The position numbers were made by a program, and so were the translations under genes. A stretch of 64,000 bases of DNA, taken from contig CM060732.1 of assembly GCA_030704615.1 (NCBI GenBank), forward strand, positions 58,838,001-58,902,000, in the 5' to 3' direction. The DNA comes from Takakia lepidozioides (taxonomy: Eukaryota; Plantae; Bryophyta). The notes below the pieces were generated by a model that searched no databases, was not told the origin of the DNA, and worked only from the letters and a program-made list of their open reading frames with translations. Shown piece by piece: positions 24,569 through 39,700 of the stretch (its first letter is position 1; every line of letters begins with the position of its first letter).

Positions 24569-26419
24569 CTACTGTTCGGACAGTGTCTGAATATATTTTT
24601 TGCCATCAAGACCATTGGAGACAATGGCAGCCATGTACTCTCCAAACACAACTTCATGGTACACCGGTCCAGCTTTTTGGAGAAGCTCCGGAGCTGGTGC
24701 AATGTGACGGTCATCATAAGGCATGTAGAATGTGGCATAGGACATTCGCACTTTCTCACAATTCACCAACGCACGGTGCTCCACACTCTTGAACCTGCCA
24801 TTGCTCAGTATCTGTCGCCAAAAGCCACATGTAACACATATGGGCATCAAAAGTGCTGGTAGCTAGTCCCCAGCTCTCCCAGACTTCGTATACCCTGAGG
24901 TTACCCACAACCCCCTCACTGTAGCAGCCTCTCACAAAATGACCTATCGTCAAGGCTTACTTTGTCCCCCCTGGTTTCTTTCACTGCATTTATTGACCTG
25001 CATCAACAAATCCATTTTGGACTGCTCGCTTAAGCACCTATAATCAACCCAGCTGTAAAGTGTGCACTGGAAGCCTTAGTAGATAGATACGGCACGCAAA
25101 TTCTGCATAGAAGGCAGAAATATCAACAAATCAGAACAAATGCATTCCAAGTGGCATAGATCATGCCAGTTCCATGCATGGAGAGCAATAAGAGCTTCAG
25201 TAGGATATAGCAGTATCTACCATCGTCATTTGATTACATGAGTACTGCAAAGATGGTGCCTACCTCCAGCTGGTCTCCCACATTAACAACCAAAGCGCCA
25301 GGACAAGGCTGCACAGTTACCCACAGGCCATCCTTACACACCTGCAGGCCTGCTACATCTTCTTGCATCAGGATAGTCATGGCCCCTATATCTGAATGTG
25401 CCTCCAACCCCAGCACCAGCTCTGGCTGTGGACACGGTGGGTAGTAATTGAACACGATTGCCTGGCACGGATCTCCAATGGCATCTTCCAAGTAGGAGGG
25501 GCACAACCCCAGCGCTTCCGACATCACAGCCAACAGAGTCTGCGCCAAGCCTTTCATGTGCAGGCTGAACTCTTCAATCGTTTGCCTGTACAACTCCGAG
25601 AATCTGTAGTTTAGGACAATCATAGCTTGTTACGACGCTCCATGGCTCTCTTGCAGTCTAATAGAACCATGCTGGCCGTCAGTGACACCTGTTGAGATTC
25701 AAGTCAAAACATAACAGAACAGAGATGGCGCTATGGACGCTTCACTAGAGAATTTGGTTTGTAGCGTAAGAGGGGATGTCTCAATTGCTCAATTGAGGAG
25801 GTTAATAAGAGATGACGAGCTGCCACGATTCCGTGTTTTTAGGTTCGATTTCAAATCTCTCCTCCACTTACAGGGTTGATTCCTGATGCCAAGTCTTGAT
25901 GTGCAATCACCTGTACGACGTCGGCTTGTCAGGCCAGTTGTTGATGTTCCGTCTGGACAGAGGCAGAGGGTAGTGCCCAAGGTAATCTCGCCAGGACAAG
26001 ACAACGTTGTCGCACTCTGTATGACGACTGCCATATCCATCCGCCCGAACTCCTGCTGGGCAAGCATATGCCATCTTCTCCTCCAGGGGTCGAGCAAAGA
26101 AGTGATGTCCACATTCGCGCACTTGCTGTAGCAGGGCGAGTGGCACACCATGGTTAAGCACTTGCAAGAACCCCCAATCCTGGCAAACCCGACCCACCTC
26201 TGCAACAGCAGCATCACGTAGCAGAGGATCTCTCAGGCGTGCCAAGTCCAGCTCGGGGATTGCTAAGGCGCTGCCATCGGGGCCCTTCTTGGGTCTTTCC
26301 TGTTCTGGTCTGACGAAGAGGTTGGGTACTCTGGTAGCCCCCTTCTCGACAAGGGCTTGCACTCGCAGAACCCTGGGGTCCGCCCAATTCTGATTCGCGC
26401 CATCCTCCGCTGCGGTCAT
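24569..26419 (-). CDS. 2-oxoglutarate/Fe(II)-dependent dioxygenase (DOXC class, JOX/FLS-like), 3 exons: 26419-25911, 25585-25264, 24811-24569
   Basis: RVQALVEKG, DWGFLQVLNHG, LSWRDY, NYYPPCPQPE, HSD, EHR, RMS. Intron positions match those of the 172-2374 paralog. Confidence 0.93.
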
Positions 26420-29400
26420 GATTGCTCTGATACACTACAAGTGCAGGCGAGGAAATTGTCGATCCTGTTTCCCGCAGGGAGATGAAGGACCCTCGGCAAT
26501 GGCACCAATTGGATTTCTGAACCCAGTATAGGAGGAGGGGAGAAAGGTCAAGTCACAATTCAACGAGAGCAACAAGTGATGATCTTTTCCACCAGCAAAG
26601 AGCAAAGACTAGTTTGACGATCTGATGATCCTACCCTCCCCTCCAAGTGATGATGCTATCAACCTTGGAAAAGATCGAGGGAACTCTTGGCGCTGGATTG
26701 AAAAATTGGAGCGTTTGGATGAACCCACCTTGCCATGCCATGTCCATCACTAGCACTAGGAGCGACGGCACATCAGATCCATGCAGTGAACTTAAACGGA
26801 GTTGGACTTTTGAGAGCTATGGCGTCGGGGTGATGGTGGCGGCACCTCGTCTTTTCTGTATTCAATAGCCGCAAGGCTGAAGTGAGGGTTTGGGACAACA
26901 GGAATTCACAAGCGTAACGGAGGAATTAAATGCAATCCACTGACAGAGGATGTGCGTCTATATTGCTTCCATGGCCCATTTTGCTTAAGGTGCCGATCCA
27001 GGTCCAAGGTTTGGGCGTTAAGGTTGATCCCAAAAGGCGATGCAGCTATGGCGAATTAGGGTACAGCCAAACTCACAAGAGCCCAGTGTGTTTGTCTTTA
27101 ACTCTTTAGGGGATTCTGATTTCTACTTCTAGTCTAGTATTTTAGATACTCATTCTGCAGATGAGGGGTTTTATACTTTATACCTTCGGTGGGCTATGGA
27201 GTGTTCTTGTGGGTCGAATACAGACTGCTGGAGAGCCTTCCTGTGGAGGAGCCAGGCTAGGCCACTACTTATGTAGTGTAGACTAATTGAATCCTTATGT
27301 CCACAAGCTGTCCAGAGTTGAAGGACCCTCATCCCCTCATTGAGCTTGTTGAACGGTCGCTAGCTTCCACACTATACTGCGACGGGGCTTCTTGGTTTAA
27401 TAACCTTTCTTGTTATAGAGTTGGAAGAGGCAAACGTGGCCACAGCTTGCTTTGATAACTTGCTTTGACCTTGCCATTAGTATCTATGGGGGGAGGTCAA
27501 TGACGCTCAAGGTTCAAGTTCATGCGTCCTAAAGATCAAAAGGGACAGTAACTTGGCATTGACGTCCATAATTGGGTACATTGCTTTCGTTGTTAAATTG
27601 ACAAATTGCATGCGGAAGTCCATGCTGGGCCGAAGAGATTGTCTGGGTGCATGAAAGAGGACGAGTATGTGCCTGGCACACGCCTAGTATTGTATGATGT
27701 CGGCAGAGCAAAAGCAGTACTTTATGTGTGCCACCACAGTGAATGTTTCGGGTGGAACGCCCTGAATATCATAGGTACCGATGAGCACAAGCACAAGCAC
27801 ATGAACGAGCTGCAGCAAAAGTGCCCCTCAAACTTTGCGCAAACCTGATAGCTCTTGCTGCGAATACTTCTCCCGTTCAACCCCAGGAATAATCAAAGTC
27901 TAGCTACTTACAGCAAAACTTCAGAGAAGAAAGTTTTTCTCATAACCCACAATAATGTAAATTATGAGGAAAGCTCTACTGAGAGGACGATCACGCCCCC
28001 GGGCTCATCCTCTGGGCAACAGATATAAGTTAACGCACATCTCAAACTCAAGCTCCAACTTGAAAGCTCGGGCAAATGCTTCCAGTATTCAAATCCAGTC
28101 ACCATCATTCACACATCGCAAAGTCTAGTCAAGCTGCAAGCTTCACAGGAAATTCTTTTTGTGTAGCCACAATACTACACAGGTTAATGTGAGGTACCTA
28201 GTGCGGAGCACCAACACATCAAGCTCATCCTCCAGAAGCAGTACTCAACATCACGGATGGTTGCTCAAGTCGGAGCAAATTGTACTTGCAGCATTCAAGC
28301 CCACTCATCCTCATCATCACTGACAAATTGCAACTACGAGTTCCACCCGGCATCACACAAATCCTCTCCAATCATCCTCCTCCACCTCTTCTCTCTGCCT
28401 ACCGCCTTCACATCCCACCACCTCACACCCCATTCATCAACACCACCAAGCTCTCACCGCACACATCTGCAGCAAACAAGCCCCTCGAGCCACTCGAGGA
28501 CCTCGAGGACCAGGCTCCACACGCCTGACGAGAGGGTCGTTCTCGTAATAAAATAGACCAAGAAAAATGCACGAATAAAGCACGTTGCCCGCTTTACTGC
28601 AGCCGTATTTATACAACATACATATATATATACTCGTACGAATACTGTGGCTCATCTTCACTCCATGACCGTATCCATACAAATATACTCTGGCACCGTA
28701 GATCTGGTATCATGTGCTGACGTGCCTTATTTTAGGTTGCATTAATCCGCTCTGTCAGATCCCGCCTTTTTCACTGTGTGGATGAAGGATGAAAAGTATG
28801 GGTGAGTGCGGCTGCATGCCATGATAAGCTGGCGGCAATTACATCCGCCAGCGTGGATGTGGCTGTTCATCCACATGCCTCGGCTGACAGAGCGAATGAG
28901 TAGTGGGTGATACTACGGACAAACAGTGGGCCAGTTGGTCATTGCCATGTGCCTCATATTTCCTCTCATCCATTAGAGGTTTCTGGTTTATCTCATCAAA
29001 TAATTTTCGAGATAACTTTTCTCGTAAATACAAACAAGCGGCCGTGTATGGCTCGAGTCCTCCTTGTGACAGTGGAATCTACAATCATCCATAATAGAAC
29101 TTGAAGATTCATCCATTTCTTGTTCAGAAAAAAGATGTGAGCTGCTAGCTGGGGAAGGCACAACAGGGCTTAGCGACTTTTGACATTGATGCCTAGTCTC
29201 CTTCTTTAGAGTAAAGAGCTTAGAAGAGCCAATCAAGTAAAAATATATTTGGAAGAGAAAAAGTGCATATAATACATGCAAGCCCTACCATGATTGGTAT
29301 ATGAAACCATCAATCAATGACCAGCACCTGCCTATTGTTTTGCAACTGGTATTCTTTATGCTCATTTGTGCACTCTAATGCCCATATGAACGAGTCGGCC

Positions 29401-30029
29401 CTCCATAGTTGTTAATCTAAGAAAAACTGTAACACTTAAAGGATTGTAACACTTTAACACATACAAATTTAGGATCAAAGAAAGGTAACATTTATAAAGT
29501 TCACTATTACATAAGGAGCCCTAAAAAATGGCCTCTCATTTTTAAATAATTGGGAGTTTATGTCCCACCTGTGAGACAGGACACGCACGGCCGCACGGAC
29601 GCGGGGTCTCCCGCCCCCCTACCCCACCCACCCTGACCTGCCAACCGCGCCGCGCGGTCGGCAGCCCCGCAGCCACCCGCGGTCGCCGCTGGCTCCGTCC
29701 GCCATTGGGTCCCCACTGGGTCTGCCCGGTCTGGGTCTGGGTCTGGGTCTGGTGAAGCTGGGTCTGCCCCGGATGGGCTTTGTTGGGTCTGCCCGCAGAG
29801 CAGCCCGATCCGGCATACCCAAACGCACCCTACATGACGTGGCACCCATCTGACCGTGAAGCCGCGCTGCTATCCTAGCCGGCCGGATTTTAGGGCATGG
29901 CAGTGGCCGCCAGTCGTGGGCGAAGACTGTTTCATCGATCTTTTCCTCCCTCTGGTCTATTCCTACCAACGCGTTTCCCTCCTGCCAAGAACGTGCGTGT
30001 TGTCGTCCTTTGCTTCCACTTTTGCAGGT

Positions 30030-33000
30030 CGTATTGCATGTGCTTTCGAGTGCGCGAAAGGGTACTGTAGTGTAAATGGCAGCGGCCATCGATGCCCAAC
30101 CAGAAAGTTTTCTTATATGTCCACTGCGACAATGTCTTCAAACACCAAAGGATGGGCCATTTTCCTGCAAAGATCTTTACTAGAAGAATGATAGTCGCTC
30201 TGGATACATGGGCTCTCAAATGCGGGTCCGCACGGCCTGTATTCCCTGGGACAGAGTGGCCGACTTTGTACTTGGAGAGGAGAGTAGAGACGGGTGTTCA
30301 ACCCAATTTTACATAAAAGTGCATGTTAACGCGAAGCCCAGCACGCCAAAAGCTCCAAGAGCTAACACATATATAACATCTCTCATGTCTGCACCGTATT
30401 CCCGCATTTCCTTCCTCTTTGTTCCTGTGCTTGTGTCACATGTACATGCATCATATGAAGATAGGGTTTAGGCTGTCTTGCATGCTTGCAGAACTCCATG
30501 GGTGTCGATGACATACTCCAATACGAACATGTCCAGGTATCAGTGTTGTTATGGTCCAGTGGACAAACGCACCAACAATTTGACCATCACGGATCATAAA
30601 GTCAAGCGAAGAGGTCCGGACGTCGGGGTTGGAAGCAGTAATCCTTAAAAAGGTCCAAGACGAAAAAAAATCGAATATGGCGAGTCTTACAAGCGTGGTT
30701 GTCTCTATTGTTTCAAAGTCTCGCAATGTTATCTTGCTCCAGACATTGGGATCATCACATATTATAACAACATGCAACACCTGGATGTGTCCGGAAAACC
30801 CTCTCATGGCGGATATGCTGAGTTCCAGTTCACCCGATATGCTTATGCTCCATGTACATATTAGCGAGGAGCTGAAAAAGTGGATCATGGAATGCTTGTC
30901 CCGAGGCTTGAGTGTCGCGCAAGTCATGATTGAACACAAGGAGCACGTCATGCAGAACACTGGCTTGGGAGACGCATGGACACGGGACAACTTTCTCCTC
31001 GAGCAGGCTGTCCGAAATCTCGCAGAAAAACGAGCCTGGCAGACCTTCAAAAAACACGCTGATGATGCACAATCCGTCCGTACGTGGAAAGATCAAAACC
31101 CGGACTCGGTCTTGTTCTACCAGGAGGAATCATCGGCACCCACATTTCAACATTTTGATGGAGATTTGACCTTCACCATTGGGATTCAGACTCCTTGGCA
31201 GGGGCAGAAGATGTTGGACTTGGGCCATGCGCGCATCGTAGCATGCGATGGTACATTTGGAACTAACCATCACAAGGTCTGCCGTCGACCCTGTCCACGG
31301 GGACCTGCTAGCATGATAGCATACTACACTGGTCTCCCACTCCTGTTGTGCATTGTTTTTTTGTCCTCAATCTTGGTAGACCCTGTCCCACTGCACCCTG
31401 TTCCAGCAGACCCTCTTCCAGTGCACTCTATTTTAGGGTAGACCCTCCCAACGTGCCCACCCTGTTACAGTAGACCCTGTGCGTTTTCACCCTATTATAG
31501 TAGACCCTGTGCTAGTACACCCTGTTAAAGTACGGCCTGTCGGTAGGAGCACAAATGTGTTTATGTACAATTCCCGTTGTACACGTTGATGGTGTAAGAA
31601 ATTCCGGTTGCATACATATTGTCAGCACACAATCGAACATCAGACCTTATCCCGTGGATGTTAGCATTGCGTGAATCCCTCCTTAAGGAAAAGCCCAGCT
31701 GGCGGCCAAATGCCTTCATTGTCGACGATGCTGAAGTGGAAATCAATGCAATCCGGTATGCCACATATTTTCACTTTGTTGTACGGTCTGCCCAGTTTGG
31801 TCTCCCGCTTGTGGCAGTGGTGAATACGAATGCCCGGTCCAGGCCCTTTTGACTTTTTGGCCGCATGCAGGTCTGTTTTCACATGAGTGTACATTTTCCT
31901 TTGTCTTTGGCATGTACGCAAGGCCTGGGTGAAGCAATCATGCTAGAAAATCAGTGATCCGGGAATATCCTCGAAACTATTGGCAGATATGGGAGACCTT
32001 ATATACTGCAGAGGTGGACCGCAGAAAGAAGACGAAGCTGTGAAATGGGTTAAGAAAAAATTGAAGGCAATGAAAAAGAAATATCCTACTGGTGAGTTGT
32101 TCCTCCACTACATTAATGTGTACTGGGTTCCCAAAATCGCTATGTGGTGTACTGTTGCCCGTAACATTCCACATGCAAGCCAAGATACAAATGCAAGCAT
32201 CGAGGCATACCATGAAAACTTAAAGGCGAGACTTAATATGGGCAAAGGCAAAATGACGGGTTGAAGAGCCGACTGGCTCATATGGGAGTTGACTAGGCAT
32301 GTACTTGTCCACTACTGGTACGCCATTCATCTGAAGACGCATGGGTTCATTCGCAACGATAAACAGGAAAAACACATTTCCAGTGCAATATGTGTAGCCC
32401 GTGACATACCTTTTTTCACGTGTGACATTGCCTGCAGCACCTGGGTAGCCTACTTATGTGATCAGCTCCTCCGATCTGAATACCACGTACACCGTGTACA
32501 GTCCAGAGTCACAGTGGGCCTGTTGCACCTGCCCGTGGGCCCTGAAGGGAAATATGTCCAAGCACCAGGTCCGGCTCATAAAGTTGCTAAAACCAGACCT
32601 GCAAGACGGTCTCATTGTCCGGACATGTGGTACTCACCTCGGTTCTGTTTACGGAGGGTTGGAGAATTCGGACTCACATGACAGCATGGCAGGATATGAC
32701 CTCGAAAGCGGTAACCAGAATTTGCACCCAAGCGCAACCCCTGCCACGACGGAGTCATTGCTCACTCTAGACCTGTTGGAAGCTATTTTGAAACGGGAGA
32801 TAACCGACCTACTCGACCTTGTAGGCAATGATGCATATCTTATACACCATTACTTGTCTGCGGTCCGTGTTTGCTGAGGGCAGATCCAGGACATCCTCGT
32901 CAAAAAGGCATCTGGCATGTTACACCCGACTGCAGCACGAGCGTTCAATCATATAAAAGACAACAACAATATGTCATTGAAGAGGAAAAATGATTTTGTG

Positions 33001-33135
33001 GAAAAATTTCAAGTTCGCAGAAAAATTAAACTAAATGGGGGCAATCGTGTGTCTGCCCTTCCCCCTGTTAGCCACATTTATTCGGCTCTGAGGCGGGTGT
33101 CTCATTGTCCACAACTGAGAAAGAAGGACATTTAA
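30030..33135 (+). pseudogene. MULE transposase with SWIM zinc finger, spliced, degenerate
   Basis: IGIQTPWQ..ACDGTFGTNHHK, FPLYTLMV, FIVDDAEVEINAI, LCLWHVRKAW, TNASIEAYHENLK, SWIM CTCPWALKGNMSKH. Stops and frameshifts present. Confidence 0.85.
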
Positions 33136-33149
33136 CTATCATTCTAAAG

Positions 33150-33950
33150 CGGTCAAGAAGACACCTGCAGTAGACCAATGCTCCAGACCATGGCAAGAGA
33201 CCATCTGGCAGACCCTTTATGTACTTTGTAAAGGATTGATGAAGAAGACAAATGAAGCAATACAGCCAAAGTCAATCAGTAGACCAGGGAATGTAGTACA
33301 GTAATGAAGTAAGCTTAAATCAATGAGGCAGACCACTTGATGTAGTAGACCACCAAGACAGTGCCACAAGTCAGAGTACACCACCAAGACTGTACATCGT
33401 TGAAGACAGTGGACTAATGATGCAATCGACAGACCTATGCCAAACAATACACCAACTTTAGGGGACCAGGGAATTGAGTAGACCACTGAATATAGTAGAC
33501 CAATGAAGCCATCGCCCGACCTATGTACAACACCAAAAACAAAGTCTGATGATTCAAATGGCATACTCAAAACGTACAAGTGGAGCAGTGTATCAATGGA
33601 AAGACAGTAGACCACCAAGACAATACATCACTCAGTCCACTATGCCAACCAGCAGACCAGCACAAGCATACCAACACGGAATTGACCAAGTAGTAGACCA
33701 ACATCGCACTGGACTGACCAGTAGACCATGGACACGCAGCCAACATCAAGTAATAGACCAAGACAGATGTGTGCTGACCACGTGTGACCACATGTGGCAG
33801 ACCTAGGTGAAGCAGCAAAACGACAGACCTGAGCACTATACCAAGACTGTGCATGCAGAATGGAGTAGACCAACGACACAACAACGCACCAACAACCAGA
33901 GTCAAGCTGTAGACCAAACCTAACATTCAACAGACCATGAACAGAGTACA
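33150..33950. repeat. AGACC-rich degenerate short-unit repeat array
   Basis: Dense GTAGACCA/GCAGACC motifs. Similar arrays at 31375-31525, 35270-35425 and, inverted, 42275-42560. Confidence 0.6.
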
Positions 33951-34161
33951 GTATTCAAGTCGAGTTCCAATATATTCTTGTACTCTTGTCCATTATTATA
34001 AAGATCGTTTTGATTCATATTTACTCACCATGCATTCGGCCACGCCGACCTTGACTTCTTGTCTAGTCTTGTACCTCTAGTCTGATCTCTTGTTTGTGTT
34101 CAATCATGTTCTCGTCCTTGACAGTTTGGCGAGACTAAAGTTTGTTCTTTAGTTAGTTAAG

Positions 34162-34742
34162 ATGGAAGGCACATTTGTGGAAATGGTCGACACCTTGCAG
34201 AGTCTTCAACTCCAGATGCAAGAACTTCGTACCTCTATTGCCTAACTACAAGTTGATCAGTCTCAAGATCTTGACAACGCTCTCAACAATTTGCAACAAC
34301 ACAGAGTTGAAAGAGTCGAACAATGGATCTTCAACCTTATTACAACAACTTTTACTTCAACGGTTCTTCCAAATCTTCAACAGATTACAAGGGAACCAAA
34401 GGTCAGCATGCCCGAGAAATTTAATGGGACGAGATCAAGATTTCGTAGTTTTGTTCAACAAGTACAATGTTCCTACAACTACATCCACAATGCTACCCTG
34501 ATGAAGGTATTCAAGTGGGATTTGTGGGCACCCTTCTATCAGGCACTGCCCTATCTTGCTTCGCACTGCTATTAGAGAAAAATTCGCATTTACTATACAA
34601 TTTTGAAGCGTTCATGTCCGAGTTCACTGCAACGTTTGGAGAGAATGATAGAGAGAGAGTTGCAGAGACAAAGATGCGAAATCTTCGACAAGGAGCACGT
34701 CCTGCTTCCGTTTATGCTGCCGAATTTCGACAACTTGCGTAA
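34162..34742 (+). mobile_element. Ty3/Gypsy gag fragment (PEG10/RTL-like capsid), nested in the MULE
   Basis: EPKVSMPEKFNGTRSRFRSFVQQV / FLQLHPQCYPD..LLSGTALS..LRQGARPASVYAAEFRQLA. Frameshifted and truncated. Confidence 0.8.
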
Positions 34743-34873
34743 GCCCGTCTGCCCCAGTGTGGTCTGTTGCCAGTCTGCCGCAGAAGTACGAAGGTTTGCT
34801 GGAGGACGGCTCACCACTGAACCGGGTCTACTAAACAGACCCACAGTATGCGATGCAGGGTGGACCTTCTAGG

Positions 34874-36449
34874 CTAACGGAGGTAGGTCTGCTGCCGGGC
34901 TGCAATAGCATCAGCGGACTGTGGATACAGACTGAGGATGTACTCCCAAATATCCCTAACCTCGTTCCGGACAAGTGCATTTTCCAAGGGAGGACCGTTG
35001 GAGTACTTATGCTTCCAGATTTGCAAAACCCTGTGACCGCGGTTGTCTTGGGCGTTTGCCTCCTGAAACTAAACAAAATACTTTAGCCCATAGAAGAATG
35101 TTTTGAAGAATAAATGTGACAATTTCTAAATGATAGTAGACCTACACATTGAAAGTAATGCAGACCCCTATACAAAACTGTACACCCAGAACGACCTATG
35201 AGCAAATGATGTGGGAAGGGTAAAGGCAAACCTGGTCACGTTCGTTTGTAGATGCAATGGGTGTGCGATATCTGGCAGACCAGAACTTAAGTGGCAGACC
35301 ATTAGACCATAGTTGACAGAGCAGAACTAATCTGGTAGACTAGTAGACCATATGTGGCAGACGCGAACTTATATGGCAGACAAATCGACCATGTCTGGCA
35401 GCAGACATACCAAGCACAGTAGACAACTCAAAAAAACACGTGCAAGACCCTACAAAGAGTATTTAAAGTACCAGCAGGCCGTTGTAGTCTTCATCCCGTG
35501 GGCATGATCGTGCCTCCACCCAATTTCTCTGTGTTGTGTAAATGGTCCTCTGTATTTGCCCCGACCTTACATAACCATACAAAAACGGGAAGAACTCCGG
35601 ATGTGATTCTTTTGGGCACTCGGGAGTGCTTGTTGGGTTTGATTGAGGGTCTGCTAGAAGGTCTGCTTGAGGGTTTGTTTCCTCCATGGGAGTATCCGAG
35701 TCAAGGTTTATGTCATGTACCGGCGGGGCGTACCCAATGGGGTCTGAGACCAAGTAGGGTCTCACGATTAGCTGCAACAGCTGTGTCGTCATGTCCTGCA
35801 CATCTTCGTCTTCATGGGACTCCTCGTCAGTAGAGTCATCCTCACTGGATGACAGAGTTTCAGCAGCACGCTCTGGTCTGCCGGCCTTGGTCCGCTAAGA
35901 CGGACCTGCTTACACTTCTTTGCTTGTCACTCTCTTATCCCGTGGTCTGCCAGAGGCACTAGCAGACCTGTGACTTTTGCGCTCTACATTCTTTTTGGCG
36001 CCATCACTGAGCTTCATTTTCTTCACTGGCACAATGCGACCGGGGCCAAGCAGACCTGCTTGAGTGTGATATCGCTGTCGCACTTCGTCGACAGACTGAG
36101 AGACGGCAGATGCACCCCTCAACTTCATCACGATTTCTTTACCAGCCTTTGAAGAACTTGGCTTGGGCCACGGCTTGAAGTTGTCAAGGACGACACATTT
36201 GCATCCTCCATCAAGGACATGCCGGTTTAGAGTCTCCTTGTCCTTCACGATATCAGGGCAAAAGGGGCACTGAAAACGGTCCTTTGGCCATTTCTCTTTG
36301 TCCTTGTCTACGCGCAAGTCCAGAAATGCTTCTACTATTTTAGCGTCATAGACATGTGGCTCATACCAGTACATTCTCTTTGGCTTGTTGCGGGGGGCAT
36401 GTACATATTGCACCCAATCCGGTCCACCCTTTGGGCACGCTTCTTCCAT
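34874..36449 (-). pseudogene. MULE cargo gene of unknown function with a zinc-finger-like motif; exons 36449-35472 and 35062-34874
   Basis: CPFCPDIVKDKETLNRHVLDGGC, an acidic tract, an in-frame GT-AG intron, and two in-frame stops near 35895-35912. Confidence 0.5.
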
Positions 36450-36787
36450 GACTGCAAAATCGACAGGAAGTGTGTCAGGGACGGTCTGCTCAAACGAACT
36501 TCAGAAGCGGGACTGAGAACGGAAATGAAGGTTGAAGGTGAAGAAGGAAGGTGAAGTTCATACCTTCAGAGCGTACATTGGCAACGACGGCAACGCGACC
36601 TTTCAGGAAACGGCGAGACCTTTGCTTCTCAGTCGGCAAGCCTGTAGCGTCGAATCGTCGCGGTACTATGGAAGAGGCACCAACCGCGACCCTAAACCCA
36701 CAGCGTCCAAAAGGAAACTGGAAAGATGCGCAAGATGGAAGATGAGGAAGAGGTGACGTGCCAAACGTAACGGCTAGCTGCACGAAG

Positions 36788-39700
36788 CACTAGTACAGAC
36801 TAACGTTTTTATAACTATGGATATCACTGCATTTGCAATGATAAGTGCTGTTATGACTACCTCACTCTGCAGTGACAAACACGAAGTCAATTCTACCATG
36901 ACTACGGAGTGATAAGTGCGAAGTCATGGTCGTCACTGAGGACGTGGCATGGGATAGTGATGCAGGGTTTGGTGATGTAGTCATAACAAATATGACTACA
37001 CGACTGAAAGTTATGACTGAGGTTACGACTACATCACTACAACATTGCGCCTACATGGAGAGGCCTCTGTGTGACACGTGGGATCCTTGGGCATTGACAT
37101 ATGTAATCATCACTTGATGGTGCAGTGGAGTAGTCATATCTTTATGACTACACGACTATGGGTATGATTATATCACTACAACACTACAGATGGCACGTGG
37201 TCTCGTTGGAGCAGGTGTGACTGACACGTGTTGATCATGTAAATTTTACAATTTATTAAATGTTATTTAATTTTAAATGACTAATTTAGATATTAAATTA
37301 AATTAAATTAATATGAAATTTAACTTTGTGGAGCTCTCATAAGCACAACAATTGGCAAAGAGGAAAGGCCATCTATACCAAGACACAACCCCTATGAGAG
37401 AGCATGCATTAATCTTTCAATGACCAACGAATCAACCCCCAACCCTGTTGGCAGTTGCAAAGAGTGGCAAAGAAAGATTCTACCACCAACCTTGTTGCAT
37501 AGACTGGCAGAAGCAACAACATGATACAATATGAAAGACACAACTACAATCAAACATGTCATCCATAGAAACACCACACACAACCTCAGAGGACATTGCA
37601 CCTTCGAACGATATTGGATGTTAATACATCAGACACTGACATGGTGTTTGAACCAGTCTGCCTATATATATTCCCAAAATATACTTCATCCTTCAAGCAC
37701 AATGTTGCTAAGCACTACCGCAACAAGAAATTGACCATCTACGTAGGTTTCTTGTAGCTATCCTTCCACAGGGAATCATAGGTAATCTGGAGCTTGAAAT
37801 CCAACCTTCTTGGATGAATCTGGACGCACACTCTATCCCTGCTCCTTCAGCTATCCATGCTTCTACACAAAATCATGCATACATCCTTGCTTTGCTGCTA
37901 GCAGCTGACAATGACAGCCTAGATTTGTTCTAGGAAACACCCAACTCAACTTATCACACTAGTTCATATGCTCAATGGCATCTGCTACTCTCTGTAATCC
38001 AACAGGCATTCACCTTTTTGCCTCGATTGTCCCACCATTGACTGGAGTCAGAAAGTATTCATTCCATAGCTTCTCCTCGTCTCTGTTACCTGTTTCTGGA
38101 CACTTTCCTGTTGTCACATTGGCAATACCATGTCAAAGTCACTCCAAACTATCAAAGGTTCACTCAACCAGCTACCTTGCAGAATTGAACATGAAAATTT
38201 AGAACCGATTTCTGATTAGAGGGGAAAACAAGGTTAATTGTGTTGAAGAAGGTGCCTTGATTACTAGTGCCTGATTTTATATGGAATCATAGGTAATCTG
38301 GAGCTTGAGATCCAGCCTTCTTGGATGAATCTGGACCCACACTCTATCCCTGCCCCTTCAGCTATCCATACCTCCGCACAAAATCATGCATACATCCTTG
38401 CTTTGCTGCTAGCAGCTGACAATGACAGCCTAGAATTGTTCAAGCAAACACCCCAACCCTACTTACCACACTAGTTCATATGCTTAATAGCATATTATGC
38501 TACTCTATGTAATCCATCAGGCATTCACTTTTTTGCCTGGATTGTCTCACCATCGACTGGGGTCAGAAAGAATTCATTCCACAGCTTCTCCTCGCCTTTG
38601 TTACATGTTTGTGGATACTTTTCTGTTGTCACATTGACAGTATCATGTCAAAGTCACTCCAAACTATCAAAGGTTCACTCAACCAGCTAACTTGCAGAAT
38701 TCAACGTGAGGGCCGATTCCGATTAGAGGGAAAAACAAGGTGAATTGTGTTGAAGAAGGTGCCTTGATTACCAGTGCATGATTTTATCAATTGTGCCGCT
38801 GCTGCTGCGGCTTCCAGTTGACCATCTACCCATGCAGGTTTCTTGTAGCTATCCTTCCACATGGAGTCATAGGTAATCTGGAGCTTGAAATCCAGCCCTC
38901 TTGGATGAATCTGGACCCACACTCTATCCCTGCCCCTTCAGCTATCCATGCCTCTGCACAAATCATGCATACATCTTTGTCTTGCGGTTAGCAGCTGACA
39001 ATGACAGCCTAGAAATGTTCCAGCAAACACCCCAACCCTACTTGTCACACTAGTTCCTATGCTGATTTGCGTCTGCTTCCAATAGACATTCACCTTTTTG
39101 CCTCGATTGTTCCACCATTGACTGGGGTCTTAAACGTATTCCTTCCAAAGCTTCTCCTTAGCTACCTTGCAGAGTTCAACATCAAAATTCAGGGACGACT
39201 ATGATAGCAAGAAAAACAAGGTGGAATGTGTTGAAGAAGGTACCTTCATCAGCAGTGCCTTGTTCTATCAATTGTGCAAGCTCAAGTGATGGGCTCAAGA
39301 GAAGTTTATTTTTTGATATCCAGTGGGGCCTTTTGCAGAAATCATCCTTGAAATCACAAGCATACACCATATCCTTCTTTCGTCCTCTCTCCTCACCAAA
39401 ACAGAGTCCCTCCTTATCTTGACTATTTGCAGAAGCAATCAGCTTGTCAGTCAGTAGTTACCCCTTCTTATCTAAGTGTGCATCCCACAAACAAATTAAG
39501 ACCTTAGCTTGCACTCAGGCACCCATTGATAAGTTTCCAGGGCCCTATACTCTCTCAGTCTGATAACCCAACATCAAGCAAGAGAATCCCTACTGCAACT
39601 ATATGTAAAGCAGGAACAACCATCAGATTGTAAAGTATTCACCAAATGCATCCCACTACTTGGTGCATGCTGGTGCTGTACCAGACCCTAACTCTTGACA

